DNA of 64,000 nucleotides from Candidatus Altiarchaeales archaeon (GTDB lineage: Archaea; Altiarchaeota; Altiarchaeia; IMC4; SCGC-AAA252-I15). A model generated the notes under the pieces. It had not been told where the DNA came from and made no database searches. It worked only from the letters and a program-made list of their open reading frames with translations. The stretch spans positions 192,001 through 256,000 of the forward strand of contig WJMO01000006.1 in the NCBI GenBank assembly GCA_014727915.1, in the 5' to 3' direction. Made by a program: the position numbers and the translations under genes. Each line of letters begins with the position of its first letter. Within the stretch, counting starts at the first letter, position 1. Below, in pieces: positions 47,075 through 57,317 of this stretch.

Positions 47075-47671
47075 TTAATCCAGTTTTCTGAGCATAAGCT
47101 TTCGTGTTATCAGCGAATAGGGGCTGTGATGTGTGTCACTCCCTGGATTTCCTATCGCCAGCGTGTTCAAAACCATGTTCTCAGCGCTCGACGCAAGATT
47201 CGAATCTCCAAGACCGTCAAATAGTGCGTTTCCAAGGTATCCCCCCCATGAGCCATATAATGCCTGAGCCACGCTCAACCCCATCCTTGTGCGGTCGTCT
47301 GCTGACCGCATCCTTGACGTTAAAGGCCTTAACTCATCCACCGGCTTCCTGTCACCGGCGAAATCATCAGGTATGGCGCCTGCAACAGCGCTTAGAAGCG
47401 TGTGAGGGGGAAGACGCTCAAAGACGCCCCTGGCATCGGTCAGGCTCCTCACAGGATAGTCACGGCCAGCATTGAGCTCGTCAGCGGCACGGTTCTGGCG
47501 GTCCTCTCCAAGCCCCTTAAGAAGGTCTGACACCTCAGCAGCACGCACGCCAACAACCAACGTCCCATCATCTTTCAACTCGACAGTAGGGTGCTTCACA
47601 GTAGGGGCGGGTTTAGGTTGAGCCACTGTATAAGCTATAAGGAAGGGGTTGTTTTTAACCTTGCTTGACAT
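47075..47671 (-). CDS. Hypothetical protein (orphan)
   Basis: 198-aa ORF overlapping the trxB stop. Confidence 0.55.
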   Translation of the reverse strand: MSSKVKNNPFLIAYTVAQPKPAPTVKHPTVELKDDGTLVVGVRAAEVSDLLKGLGEDRQNRAADELNAGRDYPVRSLTDARGVFERLPPHTLLSAVAGAIPDDFAGDRKPVDELRPLTSRMRSADDRTRMGLSVAQALYGSWGGYLGNALFDGLGDSNLASSAENMVLNTLAIGNPGSDTHHSPYSLITRKLMLRKLD

Positions 47672-48539
47672 GGACGTATGCTCTCAGCGCTGCAGTCGCA
47701 CCCTCGCCGACCGCCGTAGCGATCTGAGGGACACCACCCGTAACGTCACCAGCCGCATAGACCCCGGGTATGTTCGTCTCCATGTCACGGTTGACCCCGA
47801 TGAAGCTGCGCTCATCCAATTCAACACCGGACTGTTTTGCCAACTCAGTTGAGGGGGTGCTGCCCTGGCAGATGAACACGCCGTTAACCTCCAGGTCCTT
47901 GCCCGACTTCAGCCTAACGCCCTCAACAAACTCTGAGCCGACTATCTCAGAGAGAGAATCCTCCAAGACCTCAACGCCTGACTTCTTAAGGCGTTCTTGC
48001 AGACTCTCCTCGGCTTTGATCTCATCCGCTACCAGGTAGGTCTTTGAAGACAGGTCGTCAATGTACACCGCATCCTCAACTGCCATGTTGCCCCCGCCCA
48101 CGACCGCGACAGCCTTTCCCTTGAAGAGGGGACCATCACAGGTTGCGCAGTAGCTCACGCCCCTGCCGCTGAACTCCTCCTCGCCCTTGACCGACGCCTT
48201 CACCGTCTGACCTCCGGTGGCTAGTATCACGGCCTTGCATGAGAGCTCACGGTCGCGTAAGGTGACGTTCTTCACATCCCCCGCTAGGCCGAGCATGATC
48301 GCCTCGTTGTAGACGAACTCCACACCCAATCCTTTTGCATGGTCGGACATCCTCTTGGACAGTTCCTCGCCTGTCACGTGCCTGTCGCCAGGCCAGTTCT
48401 CAATCTCCGAAGCCATTAACACCTTACCGCCGAGTGACCCACGCTCCACGACCAAAGCCTTCAAACCCCGGCGTACACAGTATATCCCGGCTGTAAGGCC
48501 CGCTGGGCCGCCCCCGATGATGACAACGTCATAGTCCAT
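47655..48539 (-). CDS. trxB: Thioredoxin reductase
   Basis: GGGPAG, GVSYCATCDG, GGGN-x-A, GVYAAGD. Confidence 0.93.
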   Translation of the reverse strand: MDYDVVIIGGGPAGLTAGIYCVRRGLKALVVERGSLGGKVLMASEIENWPGDRHVTGEELSKRMSDHAKGLGVEFVYNEAIMLGLAGDVKNVTLRDRELSCKAVILATGGQTVKASVKGEEEFSGRGVSYCATCDGPLFKGKAVAVVGGGNMAVEDAVYIDDLSSKTYLVADEIKAEESLQERLKKSGVEVLEDSLSEIVGSEFVEGVRLKSGKDLEVNGVFICQGSTPSTELAKQSGVELDERSFIGVNRDMETNIPGVYAAGDVTGGVPQIATAVGEGATAALRAYVHVKQG

Positions 48540-48551
48540 TCTTCAAAGGCA

Positions 48552-48968
48552 CTATTTGACCTCCAATCTTATTAGTACCTCACCGCCTTTAACCAGCTCG
48601 GCTACCAGGTCCCTGCCTAGGTCGCATGCAGCCTTGTCCGCATGAACAGCCAATGTCCTAGAGCAGACATAAGGGCTCTTCCTTATGACGAAGTCTGTCG
48701 GATGGTCCAATGTAAGGCCCGGATGCCCTTGGGCTGTGACCTTTTCCGTCAACCCGCCGCACTCTATGGCAATCTCCAAAACCGCATCCTCTCCCCTCAG
48801 AGAATCCCTGAACTCGGGTGATAGGTCAGCCATTGCCTTGCCGGATGATACCGCGAATATGCAATCCCCCCGTTCAGTAAGATTGCCTTCGCAGGTGAAC
48901 TCCAAAGTGGACCTATGGAGGCACAGGACGTTCGGGTGGCCCCTTGCACGGACCAGCTCACCTGGCAT
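48552..48968 (-). CDS. DUF371 family protein
   Basis: ARGHPNV-x3-H-x-ST-x-E-x-T...GDCI...VIRKS...RTL. Confidence 0.9.
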   Translation of the reverse strand: MPGELVRARGHPNVLCLHRSTLEFTCEGNLTERGDCIFAVSSGKAMADLSPEFRDSLRGEDAVLEIAIECGGLTEKVTAQGHPGLTLDHPTDFVIRKSPYVCSRTLAVHADKAACDLGRDLVAELVKGGEVLIRLEVK

Positions 48969-49707
48969 CCAACACCCCCTTCAACGCCGTCCCATAGTCG
49001 GCTTCAACCCCGAGTTTGCTGAAGTAGTTGACTATGTTCCCGACGTCCCGCTGGAGGAACTCCATGGAACGAGGATGATCCAATAGAACTCCGGCGCTGA
49101 AGTCTATGACCACCGCCCCCCCATAGTCGAGTATGTTATACTCTGAAAGGTCCGCGTGGACGAGGCGGAGCTTGTACATCTCACCCACAAAACCCATCAC
49201 CTCACGGTAGCATGCCCCAGGGTCGGATGGGCCCTCTTCCTTCAGCTTCGGGGCTGGAACGCCCCCATCACCGATGAACTCCATGACGAGAACGTTCTTA
49301 TGCTGTTCTATGGGCTTGGGACACCTCACCTTCTCGCAGACCCTGCTCAGGTTCTTATACTCCTTCTGAGCCCACATCTGAACCAGCTGCCGCCGGTTCT
49401 TCCAAGACGCGAAACGAGGATCTCCACGGATGTACTTGCTCATATGCCTGAAATCTGAGGTCTCGTTCTTGTATATCTTCAAGGCGACATCCTCACCGTC
49501 CCTGAGGCCATGGTATACGCTGGCCTCCTTCCCGGTCGAAACCACGCCCGTTATCTCGGTGAAAGCCTCCTTCTTAGCGAGCTTGTACAATGCCATCAGA
49601 GTGTCCTTGTCGAAGACCGACTCGCTGATCTTACGGCTGGAAGACCTCTGCCTGGCGCTCTTAAGGCCTGTGACGTCGAACCTCTGGAACAGATCGGCTT
49701 CATCCAT
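48958..49707 (-). CDS. rio1: RIO1 family Ser/Thr kinase
   Basis: STGKEA-x-VY, ALKIY, WAQKE, LVHADLSEYNIL, IDF. Confidence 0.95.
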   Translation of the reverse strand: MDEADLFQRFDVTGLKSARQRSSSRKISESVFDKDTLMALYKLAKKEAFTEITGVVSTGKEASVYHGLRDGEDVALKIYKNETSDFRHMSKYIRGDPRFASWKNRRQLVQMWAQKEYKNLSRVCEKVRCPKPIEQHKNVLVMEFIGDGGVPAPKLKEEGPSDPGACYREVMGFVGEMYKLRLVHADLSEYNILDYGGAVVIDFSAGVLLDHPRSMEFLQRDVGNIVNYFSKLGVEADYGTALKGVLDAR

Positions 49708-49741
49708 TTAGAATAGGAATTACAGCTTCCGAATAAAAGAA

Positions 49742-50080
49742 TCAGAAATCCTCAATGCCCTCGAGATGCCCGTTCTTCCTCAGCCAGTCAGCCTGCTGGT
49801 TCGTGTAACGCCAGAGAATGTCCCCCCGCTCCTTGGCTTGAACCTCCCAAGGCTCGACAAGGACAATGTTCCCCTCCTTTATCCATATCCTCCTCCTTAT
49901 CTTGCCGGGGATACGGCATAGGCGGGTGTTCCCGTCCGTGCACTTGACGCTCATCCTGCGGTCGCCGAGCAGCTGCTCGACCTCGCCCAGCAGCTGCCCC
50001 CTACGCGGCAGGCGAACCCTGACTATCGGCTGGCCGTCAGCGCCGACCTCCACTCCATTGCGATTATGCCCGTTAGACAT
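49742..50080 (-). CDS. eif1a: Translation initiation factor aIF-1A
   Basis: RLCRIPGKIRRRIWI-x-EG...RGDI-x-WRY. Confidence 0.96.
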   Translation of the reverse strand: MSNGHNRNGVEVGADGQPIVRVRLPRRGQLLGEVEQLLGDRRMSVKCTDGNTRLCRIPGKIRRRIWIKEGNIVLVEPWEVQAKERGDILWRYTNQQADWLRKNGHLEGIEDF

Positions 50081-50113
50081 CGTGCTTAATAATAACGACC
50101 TTTATTAATTAAT

Positions 50114-50509
50114 ATGACCATCTGGGACGAGCTGAAAACCAGGACTGTGGACGGGATAGAAGGCCTTATAACCGTTATAGTCCAGGATAAAGACAGCAGT
50201 GAAGTGCTGATGCTCGCATACGCAAACAGGGAAGCGCTCGAAAAAACGGCCGAAACCGGCCTGGCACACTATTACAGCACAAGCCGCAAGAAGCTCTGGC
50301 TGAAGGGCGAGAGCAGCGGGAACACCCAGAAGGTGAGCGAGATACTCGTGGACTGCGACGGAGACGCCGTCATATACAAGGCGGAGCAGAAGGGGGGCGC
50401 ATGCCACAGAGGATACAGGACATGCTTCTACAGGAAGATAACAGAGGAGGGTTTGGAGACCGTCGGCGAGAAACTCTTCGAACCTGACGAGGTATATAAG
50501 AAAAAATAA
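50114..50509 (+). CDS. hisI: Phosphoribosyl-AMP cyclohydrolase
   Basis: [17 protein letters not shown]-x-G-x-x-TCF. Confidence 0.96.
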   Translation: MTIWDELKTRTVDGIEGLITVIVQDKDSSEVLMLAYANREALEKTAETGLAHYYSTSRKKLWLKGESSGNTQKVSEILVDCDGDAVIYKAEQKGGACHRGYRTCFYRKITEEGLETVGEKLFEPDEVYKKK

Positions 50510-50539
50510 GCTTTTATAGTAAGGAGAAAATATTTTACC

Positions 50540-50941
50540 ATGAACAAGTTGAGCCTATTAACAGCTGTCTTGGCTGTGTTTCTTTTCCTGGGATGCATCA
50601 GCGGACCAGAGCCGGTAGTGGTGACAACAACACAACCCACAGGGGATACCATCAAGAAGCCGGTGACAACGACGTTGAACGAGGTCGTTAAAGACTACAG
50701 GAAAGCAGTATCCGAGTCTGACGTGAGTTCATGCGACAGGATGGACAACCCCAGGCTTAAGGACATCTGCATAAGGGACATAGCAGTCAAAGAGGGTAAG
50801 GCCAGTCTATGCAGCAAGATTGAGACAGCCAACCTGAAAGACATATGCTACTACAAGATTGCGGTTAACAACAAGGACAACACCGTCTGCAACAGGATAA
50901 GCACGGAATTCATCAAGAAGTCCTGCATGGAAAAGACATAA
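50540..50941 (+). CDS. Lipoprotein with three Cys-pair repeats
   Basis: FLGC lipobox; the same C-x2-I-x5-D-x-C repeat as 5880-7952. Confidence 0.8.
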   Translation: MNKLSLLTAVLAVFLFLGCISGPEPVVVTTTQPTGDTIKKPVTTTLNEVVKDYRKAVSESDVSSCDRMDNPRLKDICIRDIAVKEGKASLCSKIETANLKDICYYKIAVNNKDNTVCNRISTEFIKKSCMEKT

Positions 50942-50944
50942 GGT

Positions 50945-52432
50945 TCAGGCGATGTTGTTAAGGGAGCCGCCTTCCTTAAGTTCCGAAAGGATCAGCTTGG
51001 GGTCTTGATGGTAGAGGTGGAAGAACTTCAGGACGTCATTGTGCCCCCTGATGCCCTTCGCCATCATGTACTTCAGGACCTTCTCCCTTATCAGCAACTC
51101 AGTGTTTAGCCTCTTCTTGGTTATCCCGCACTCCTTGGCGATCCTCTCCGTCAAGAGTATCGGATAGTCTGTCCTCTTTATCACGTCGTTGTTCAGGTCA
51201 TGGTAGAATATGTCCCCCAACTGGACGACATCACCTTCTATGCCGGAAACCTCGGATACCTGGGTGACACGCCGCAGCATCCCCTTCTTACGGTCGAATA
51301 TCCTGTTGGTGACAACGATCAGGTTCAGCAGTGGCATCATCCTCAAGGGCACGTTCATGGGCTCGTCCATCAGGCGTATGGTCGTCTCGCGGGCGTTGTT
51401 GGCGTGCAAAGTACCCATGCTGCCGTCCAATCCTATGTCCATTGCCACGAACAGGGTCTCAGCCTCGCTGCCACGGACCTCTCCGACTATGACCCGGTCC
51501 GGGCGCATCCTCAGGCTGTTCTTCAACAGGCTGTGCATGCTCAGCCGGTGCTCGGGGGTGATGACAGACGGGGAAGCCTCCATGGGAACCCAGTTGTCTA
51601 TGAACTCGAAGTTCAGCTCCAGAGTGTCCTCCACGGTAACGACACGCTCGGTCTTGGGTATGAACATCGCCAGCGCATTCATCAGAGTCGTCTTGCCCGA
51701 ACCAGCCCCTCCGGCTATTATGATATCAATCGGTGACAGGCCGAAGCCTTCGACGCACACCCAGAGGAACGCGGCCAGTTCAGGGCTCAAGCTCCCGAAC
51801 TCGATGAGGTCAAGCACTGTGAAGGGGACGCGCTTGAACTTCCTTATCGTAACGGCAGGACCATAAGGTGCTGCGGGGGCTATGGCAACGTTCGCCCTGC
51901 TGCCATCGGGCATGTGAGCGTCCAAAAGCGGGTTCGCCTCGTTCAACTCCCGCCCGGCATAGTTGGACAGCCAGTGTATGAAATCCTCAAGGGGGCCGTG
52001 GGAGTCGTAGGTGAGGTTGGTTATGCACATGCCATGCCGCCTGTGAACGACGAAAACGGGTGTGTTAACGCCGTTTACCATTATCTCCTCCAGCTGCTCG
52101 TCGCGCATCAACGGCCCAAGACGCCCGTAGCCGAGGAACAGCTCGTCCATTATGGAAGACGTCACATATTCAAGGTTTTCCGGGGTGACATTCCTCTCTA
52201 TCAGCCTCTGCTGGAGGTATTCGCGCAGGTACTCCTCCTTGCCTATGCTCGTGTGTATCTTGTCAAGCTCGGCCTTTATCTGGTTGTAGTCGCCGACGAA
52301 ATCGCGGGAATCAGATATCACCCTCCTCTCATCCTCGGTCAGCTCCGGGGTAAGGGAGATGTAGTATGGGATCTGCCCTGACTCACCCTCCATTATCTTC
52401 ACGTTACCATAGGATTCAAGCAGTTCAGGCAT
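50945..52432 (-). CDS. Type IV pilus/secretion ATPase (CpaF/VirB11/ArlI family)
   Basis: EEIMVNG, TIRKF, GGAGSGKTT, EDTLEL, LRMRPDR-x3-GEVRG, TLHAN. Confidence 0.94.
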   Translation of the reverse strand: MPELLESYGNVKIMEGESGQIPYYISLTPELTEDERRVISDSRDFVGDYNQIKAELDKIHTSIGKEEYLREYLQQRLIERNVTPENLEYVTSSIMDELFLGYGRLGPLMRDEQLEEIMVNGVNTPVFVVHRRHGMCITNLTYDSHGPLEDFIHWLSNYAGRELNEANPLLDAHMPDGSRANVAIAPAAPYGPAVTIRKFKRVPFTVLDLIEFGSLSPELAAFLWVCVEGFGLSPIDIIIAGGAGSGKTTLMNALAMFIPKTERVVTVEDTLELNFEFIDNWVPMEASPSVITPEHRLSMHSLLKNSLRMRPDRVIVGEVRGSEAETLFVAMDIGLDGSMGTLHANNARETTIRLMDEPMNVPLRMMPLLNLIVVTNRIFDRKKGMLRRVTQVSEVSGIEGDVVQLGDIFYHDLNNDVIKRTDYPILLTERIAKECGITKKRLNTELLIREKVLKYMMAKGIRGHNDVLKFFHLYHQDPKLILSELKEGGSLNNIA

Positions 52433-52462
52433 CAGTAAAGTATTACACACCGGGATTAAATA

Positions 52463-53308
52463 CTAGAGGCCTGACAGGTCCATCAGACGGCCTATTTGAG
52501 CATCATCCAAGCCGATCAGGGGCATGTAAACCGGCAGAGAAACGCCCGAGCAGGGTCTATCGGCCAGTGATCCGAGATTATCCGAGGATACGACGCCGTG
52601 GACGCCGGATGCCAGGGCATCATCCAGCGAACCAATGCATTCCACGTCGGGGTTGCTGTAGTAGCTCAGCCTGCCCGCATATTCACGGTCGCCTGCCACC
52701 AACATCTTGCAGCCCCTGCGCATCATCATCCAAGCAGCCAGCGCATCACGAGGACTCCTGACCTCCGCAGCCAACAGCCCCTGCGAGCCATATGGCAGGC
52801 CTCCCACACCGTCAAACAACCGGGTGTACAGGTATGCGGCATCACCGTGGATCTCAACCCCGACGAGCGCGTCAGGGCTGGATAGGTCAACGCCGTTGCC
52901 GTGTTCTTCCTGTATGAGAGAGCCAAGCTGCCGCTCCAGATCCATCGTTGACATCGGATATCCGCCGCCGGGCTTCTTGACGCGAACGGCAAAGGAGCCT
53001 CCACCCTCGAGGAAAGGCTTCGCGAACTCGACAACAGAACCCGCTAGCACACCATAGTCGGAGCCCACCTCCGCTGCGGGGCTGGTGGAGTGCACGCCAA
53101 AGACCTTCGACGCCCGGACAGCAACGTCGGACGCGCGATCAGACGATAGGAATATCCTATGCCTTTTCAGATGGGTCTTGGCTTCCAAACCGGAGGACTT
53201 CAGCGCATGGCTTATGTTGGAGACTAGGCGCTCGGTGAAGCTGCGCCTGACGTAGTCGCTCTTCAGGAATATCTCCGCGTATCTCACGATCACAGAGTCG
53301 CATTCCAT
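52463..53308 (-). CDS. THUMP-domain ThiI-like protein with a degenerate catalytic domain
   Basis: VRYAEIFLKS, THUMP domain, GVGGLPYG, AAWMMMRRG; the SGGxDS PP-loop is absent. Confidence 0.8.
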   Translation of the reverse strand: MECDSVIVRYAEIFLKSDYVRRSFTERLVSNISHALKSSGLEAKTHLKRHRIFLSSDRASDVAVRASKVFGVHSTSPAAEVGSDYGVLAGSVVEFAKPFLEGGGSFAVRVKKPGGGYPMSTMDLERQLGSLIQEEHGNGVDLSSPDALVGVEIHGDAAYLYTRLFDGVGGLPYGSQGLLAAEVRSPRDALAAWMMMRRGCKMLVAGDREYAGRLSYYSNPDVECIGSLDDALASGVHGVVSSDNLGSLADRPCSGVSLPVYMPLIGLDDAQIGRLMDLSGL

Positions 53309-53311
53309 GTC

Positions 53312-53665
53312 TCAACCGGAACCTGGAGGCTGTATCATCTGCTGCAGCTCGCCGCGCATCTCGTTGAGCTTCTCTACCAATTTCTTCTCCTGCTTCTCCA
53401 GCACCTTTATCTTGGCGTCAGCGGACTCGGACTCGTCAGAGAGGTTCTTCAACCCGTCCTCCTTGCTGGTCTCAACCAATATGGGGCCGACCAGGCGGTA
53501 GACCTTGCCCTTCTCGAACGCCTCCAACTCCTTCCTCGCATTGCCGATGTCGGTGTTCTGGAGCATAAGCTGCTGCTTCTGCATGGAGATCAGCTGAACC
53601 TGGTTCTGAAGGTTCTGGAACTGCGCAAGCTTGTCCTGCACATTCTTAGGAACGTCCATAGCCAC
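53312..53665 (-). CDS. pfdB: Prefoldin beta subunit
   Basis: Coiled coils flanking VYRLVGPILVE; usual position at the end of the exosome superoperon. Confidence 0.93.
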   Translation of the reverse strand: MAMDVPKNVQDKLAQFQNLQNQVQLISMQKQQLMLQNTDIGNARKELEAFEKGKVYRLVGPILVETSKEDGLKNLSDESESADAKIKVLEKQEKKLVEKLNEMRGELQQMIQPPGSG

Positions 53666-53692
53666 AATACATATGAAAGAAGACTATAAAAG

Positions 53693-55375
53693 TCAAGTCC
53701 ATCTACGGGGGTCCTTGCTCATTTGTTCAGAGATCAGATCCAAAGCATAAGTGTACAGGTGGTAGTCGTAGGGGTCGAGGGAGTCGGCCATACGGGTCAT
53801 GCTCCTCCCAAGCCCTCCGTTAACAGCATCTAATGAAACAGGTCCCTTGTGCTCCTCTCCCATTTCAGCCATGTCCTCCCTGAACATTGCTGACTCACGT
53901 GGAGTGAGCACCTCGCCGGCTATTAGTTTCCTTCGGAGCTGCCGCATCCTGAAAGCCCTGCTAAGCAAACCGATGCATTCGGCCTGTTTTTCCTCGTCCA
54001 AGCCGAGGCTCCTGACAGCGACGGACAACGCATTCGACTCCATAAGCCGATCATATTTCTCAGGTCCGATTTTTCCACTGTCCCGGTCCTCTGCAAAACC
54101 GATCATGTCCTCCATCCCGGAACCAAGCAACCGGTATACGTTATCATGGACCCTGGTCTTCCTCTCATCCCGGTCGATAGCCTCTGCGAACTGCCGCCAC
54201 ATCCTCTCCTCCTGGGTCGGCCCGGTCCGGAGCGTCGATTCGAATATCCTGAAGACTGTGGGCACATGGTCTTTGACCTCTTCAACGGATACTTCCCCCG
54301 GATATTGCGCTCCCACAACAATTGAAGAGGTCAACCGGGGTATTCCGTCGATTGTGACATCAGGCCTCTCAAGCCTGGCCCATATGCCGTCAGCCAGCTC
54401 CCTGTCATTTCCCTGCTGCTGAAGCTGTTCCGTGAACTCGCCTTGAGTACTACGGAGTAGAGCAAGATACCATAGAGGACAGGACGGGCCGAAACCAACA
54501 CTGTGAGCCAGGGCAGACTCCATACCACGCAGCACTGAACGAGCTTGAACCACCTTGCCACCACCCCTAAGTTCAATCAACATAGGCAGCTCATTTGAAG
54601 TGTCCACTGCCGCGCGGAAGCATGGCATCAGGTATTCTCCGGCTTTTACGCTGCTTTCAGGATCGCCTGTTGAAGATATGTCCGCGGCCCTGCCCCAACT
54701 ATCCCCTCCAAGGCCCCGCACGTGAGCCCTTATGGACGCGTCACAAGCTATAGCAGACAGCTCAGGGAGTATGTCATTATATGGCACCGGCTTCACATGT
54801 TGTTTGCCAGACCCTTCATTGTATGTTGAACGCTGTGAGAGCCTGTCTCCCAAGGCATTGATTATGCACTGGTTGAGGGATGGCCCAGCAGGATGACCGG
54901 TCTGGTGCAGCCAACGGGAAAGCTGAAGGGCCTGCGCGACCGTAACATCCTCGGTATTCACCCGTTCAACGGAAGCTTCACTATGGAGTATGCCACCGTA
55001 TCTGCCTTCATAGAAGAGGCGCCGCATATCCTCGTCCATGGGGACTTTAGTCCTGTATAGAAGCCTGCCTATGACGGGGGTTATGTCGTCGACATCGGCT
55101 GTGAACTGCCCCTCCCTCTCAATTGTTTCCCTCACGCCCTTGACGAACTGGGGCATGGCATCACTTCCTATACGCACAAGGTGAGGTGATGTTATGGGCA
55201 GCCTCAGCTCCCGCAGCCCATGTTGGTCGAATTTAGGAGCAATAAAGGCTATGATGGACTCCCTCCTTATCTCATTCAAGTCAGTACCCATTTGACCCCT
55301 GAACTGAGCGCCAGATTCCCATGCAAGACGCCTGTCCGGACCGTCAGGAAGGCCGCCCTTCTCCTGCTCAACCAT
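53693..55375 (-). CDS. Hypothetical protein (orphan, 560 aa)
   Basis: Long ORF, no recognised motif. Confidence 0.7.
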   Translation of the reverse strand: MVEQEKGGLPDGPDRRLAWESGAQFRGQMGTDLNEIRRESIIAFIAPKFDQHGLRELRLPITSPHLVRIGSDAMPQFVKGVRETIEREGQFTADVDDITPVIGRLLYRTKVPMDEDMRRLFYEGRYGGILHSEASVERVNTEDVTVAQALQLSRWLHQTGHPAGPSLNQCIINALGDRLSQRSTYNEGSGKQHVKPVPYNDILPELSAIACDASIRAHVRGLGGDSWGRAADISSTGDPESSVKAGEYLMPCFRAAVDTSNELPMLIELRGGGKVVQARSVLRGMESALAHSVGFGPSCPLWYLALLRSTQGEFTEQLQQQGNDRELADGIWARLERPDVTIDGIPRLTSSIVVGAQYPGEVSVEEVKDHVPTVFRIFESTLRTGPTQEERMWRQFAEAIDRDERKTRVHDNVYRLLGSGMEDMIGFAEDRDSGKIGPEKYDRLMESNALSVAVRSLGLDEEKQAECIGLLSRAFRMRQLRRKLIAGEVLTPRESAMFREDMAEMGEEHKGPVSLDAVNGGLGRSMTRMADSLDPYDYHLYTYALDLISEQMSKDPRRWT

Positions 55376-55552
55376 GATATGAAAATATGGGCAGGAAACG
55401 GATAAAAGACATCAAAACTCAAAATATCATGAGAAAAGTATCAATAGTTTATAATATTCTTTAAATAGTTGTGGTTTTTTGGGTTCTTGGGGCGTGGGCC
55501 CCTGCGGCCTGTTCAGCCTCCTCCCCCCCTTTAGGAAGCCTCTGCAGGCGTT

Positions 55553-55663
55553 CTAACGCGCATCTATCGAATGCAGCGGGATCAGAACCCTGGGGATCCT
55601 CGCTATTGCGGACTTCATCGAAAGGACTTCCCGGACCATCCGGTCAAATTCTTCCTCGTTCAT
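55553..55663 (-). CDS. Possible 36-aa small protein
   Basis: MNEEEFDRMVREVLSMKSAIARIPRVLIPLHSIDAR preceded by GAGGTGA. Confidence 0.35.
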   Translation of the reverse strand: MNEEEFDRMVREVLSMKSAIARIPRVLIPLHSIDAR

Positions 55664-55801
55664 CACATCACCTCAAAATATCACATCACTCCAAGGCCCA
55701 CGCCTCGAACATACATTACTAAACCCAATAAAAGAAGATGATGACAAAATAGGGCCAAAAAAGGGACTAGATAGGGGAAACCAGCCCTGGGTTTATATCG
55801 G

Positions 55802-56944
55802 ATGGATGTGAAAGTATATGTGATGGCCAGCAGGGAGAAGAAGGCTGAAAGGGTTGATTTGAGGCCTCCTGACCACGCTACGATAGTGGGCACGTGGAGG
55901 TCCACCGAAACCGAGGAGGCAGTCAGAAGGAGGCATGAGCTGATGATCCGCGGCCGGGACGTGGACCATGACATCAGAACGCCATTGCAGGGTGTGGTCA
56001 TCGGGTCGATGCTGGTGCCCAGGCTGGCGCGGATGAGCGACGAAGAGCAGAGGAGGATAAAAGAGGGCGCAGACAGGCTGAACTCCACGGTGACAGAGGG
56101 GCTGGCAGAGTATATGGCTGCCATCCCAACGGAGAGGCTGGACGTCGAAGGATACAGGAGTCTAGGCCCAGATAGGAAGGCGGTGATATACGGCGCATGC
56201 CAGCGGCTGGCGGGAAGGCTCGGAAAGGCGACGCCAATGCTCGAGGCAGTCCGAGAGGATGTGATGTCGGTCAAACCAGGGGAGACGGAGATGGAAGTCC
56301 AGGTGAGGTCAAGCCAAAGCCAGTTCGCCAACGCATGCGAGCACATGAAGAGGATGATAGACGACTACGGAAGATTATACAGGGGTGAGAGCCTCGAACA
56401 CCCCCACGTGCCGGTGAACGTGAACCAGATGCTGCGAGGATTCGAGACAGGGAACCTGATAGGAGAGGGGACTGCACTCTGGTCCCCAAGGCATCTTGGA
56501 TATCCACAGCAGGCCATGATATCAAGCGAGTTCGCATACGGGGACGTCAGGCCGCCCTCCGGCGACAGGATAGAGCTGGAGGAGGCACTGTCCAACCTGG
56601 CGAGGAACAGCCGGGACTCCCTGGGTGAGAGACTGCACCATGAGCGGCGGGCTGGGTCCGATTGGCAGCCGAGGATAAGGGTCGAGACACGACAGGCGGA
56701 GGGCATGACCGAAATACGGTTCTCAGACAATGGAGTCGGCATAGACCCCGCAAGGGGAGACAGCATCTTCGAATCAGGGGAGACCACGAAAAAGGAGGGC
56801 AGCCACCAGGGCGCGGGGTTGGACATCACCAGGAGGATAATAGAGGGGCATGGGGGGTCCATAACCTACGAGAGCAGCGGGAGGTTCACGGCAGGTGACG
56901 TGAACAGCGGAGGAGCGACCTTCATAATAAGACTGCCATCCTAG
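55802..56944 (+). CDS. Soluble histidine kinase-like protein (HisKA plus HATPase_c, no sensor domain)
   Basis: HDIRTPL H-box, NLARNS N-box, DNGVGI, F-x3-ETTK, GAGL, HGG. Confidence 0.85.
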   Translation: MDVKVYVMASREKKAERVDLRPPDHATIVGTWRSTETEEAVRRRHELMIRGRDVDHDIRTPLQGVVIGSMLVPRLARMSDEEQRRIKEGADRLNSTVTEGLAEYMAAIPTERLDVEGYRSLGPDRKAVIYGACQRLAGRLGKATPMLEAVREDVMSVKPGETEMEVQVRSSQSQFANACEHMKRMIDDYGRLYRGESLEHPHVPVNVNQMLRGFETGNLIGEGTALWSPRHLGYPQQAMISSEFAYGDVRPPSGDRIELEEALSNLARNSRDSLGERLHHERRAGSDWQPRIRVETRQAEGMTEIRFSDNGVGIDPARGDSIFESGETTKKEGSHQGAGLDITRRIIEGHGGSITYESSGRFTAGDVNSGGATFIIRLPS

Positions 56945-57168
56945 CCGGTGAGTCTCAAGCTCATGTCCAGCCAGCGTATGTACGTGTTGGCGGCGGCGCG
57001 CATGGCATGAAGGTCTTTGGCTGTTACGGTGAGAATCAGCTCCTTATCATATTCAAGCTTCACAGACGACCGGTCGTGTAGTTCGGAGTCTATCTCAGGC
57101 TGTATGGAAGAAAGGCAGGCTTCGGCCTTGTCCGCTGGGACAGATAGCCGAACCTCTAACGTGTTCAT
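56941..57168 (-). CDS. pcc1: KEOPS complex subunit Pcc1
   Basis: SI-x-PE...RS...AKDLHAMRAAANTYIRW; superoperon position. Confidence 0.9.
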   Translation of the reverse strand: MNTLEVRLSVPADKAEACLSSIQPEIDSELHDRSSVKLEYDKELILTVTAKDLHAMRAAANTYIRWLDMSLRLTG

Positions 57169-57317
57169 CTTCCGATGACTACCTTGGTTATGTTCTCGGG
57201 GCGCTTCTTGATCCAGATGTTGCTGCGCTTCTCGCTGCAGCTGTTGCACTTCATCTTGCTCCTGAGCAGCTCCTCATACTGGAACTCGGCGCCGCATTCT
57301 ATGCATACGTAGGTCAT
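57165..57317 (-). CDS. rpoP: RNA polymerase subunit P (Rpo12)
   Basis: YVCIECG...KCNSC...IWIKKRP; position after rpl37ae. Confidence 0.9.
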   Translation of the reverse strand: MTYVCIECGAEFQYEELLRSKMKCNSCSEKRSNIWIKKRPENITKVVIGR

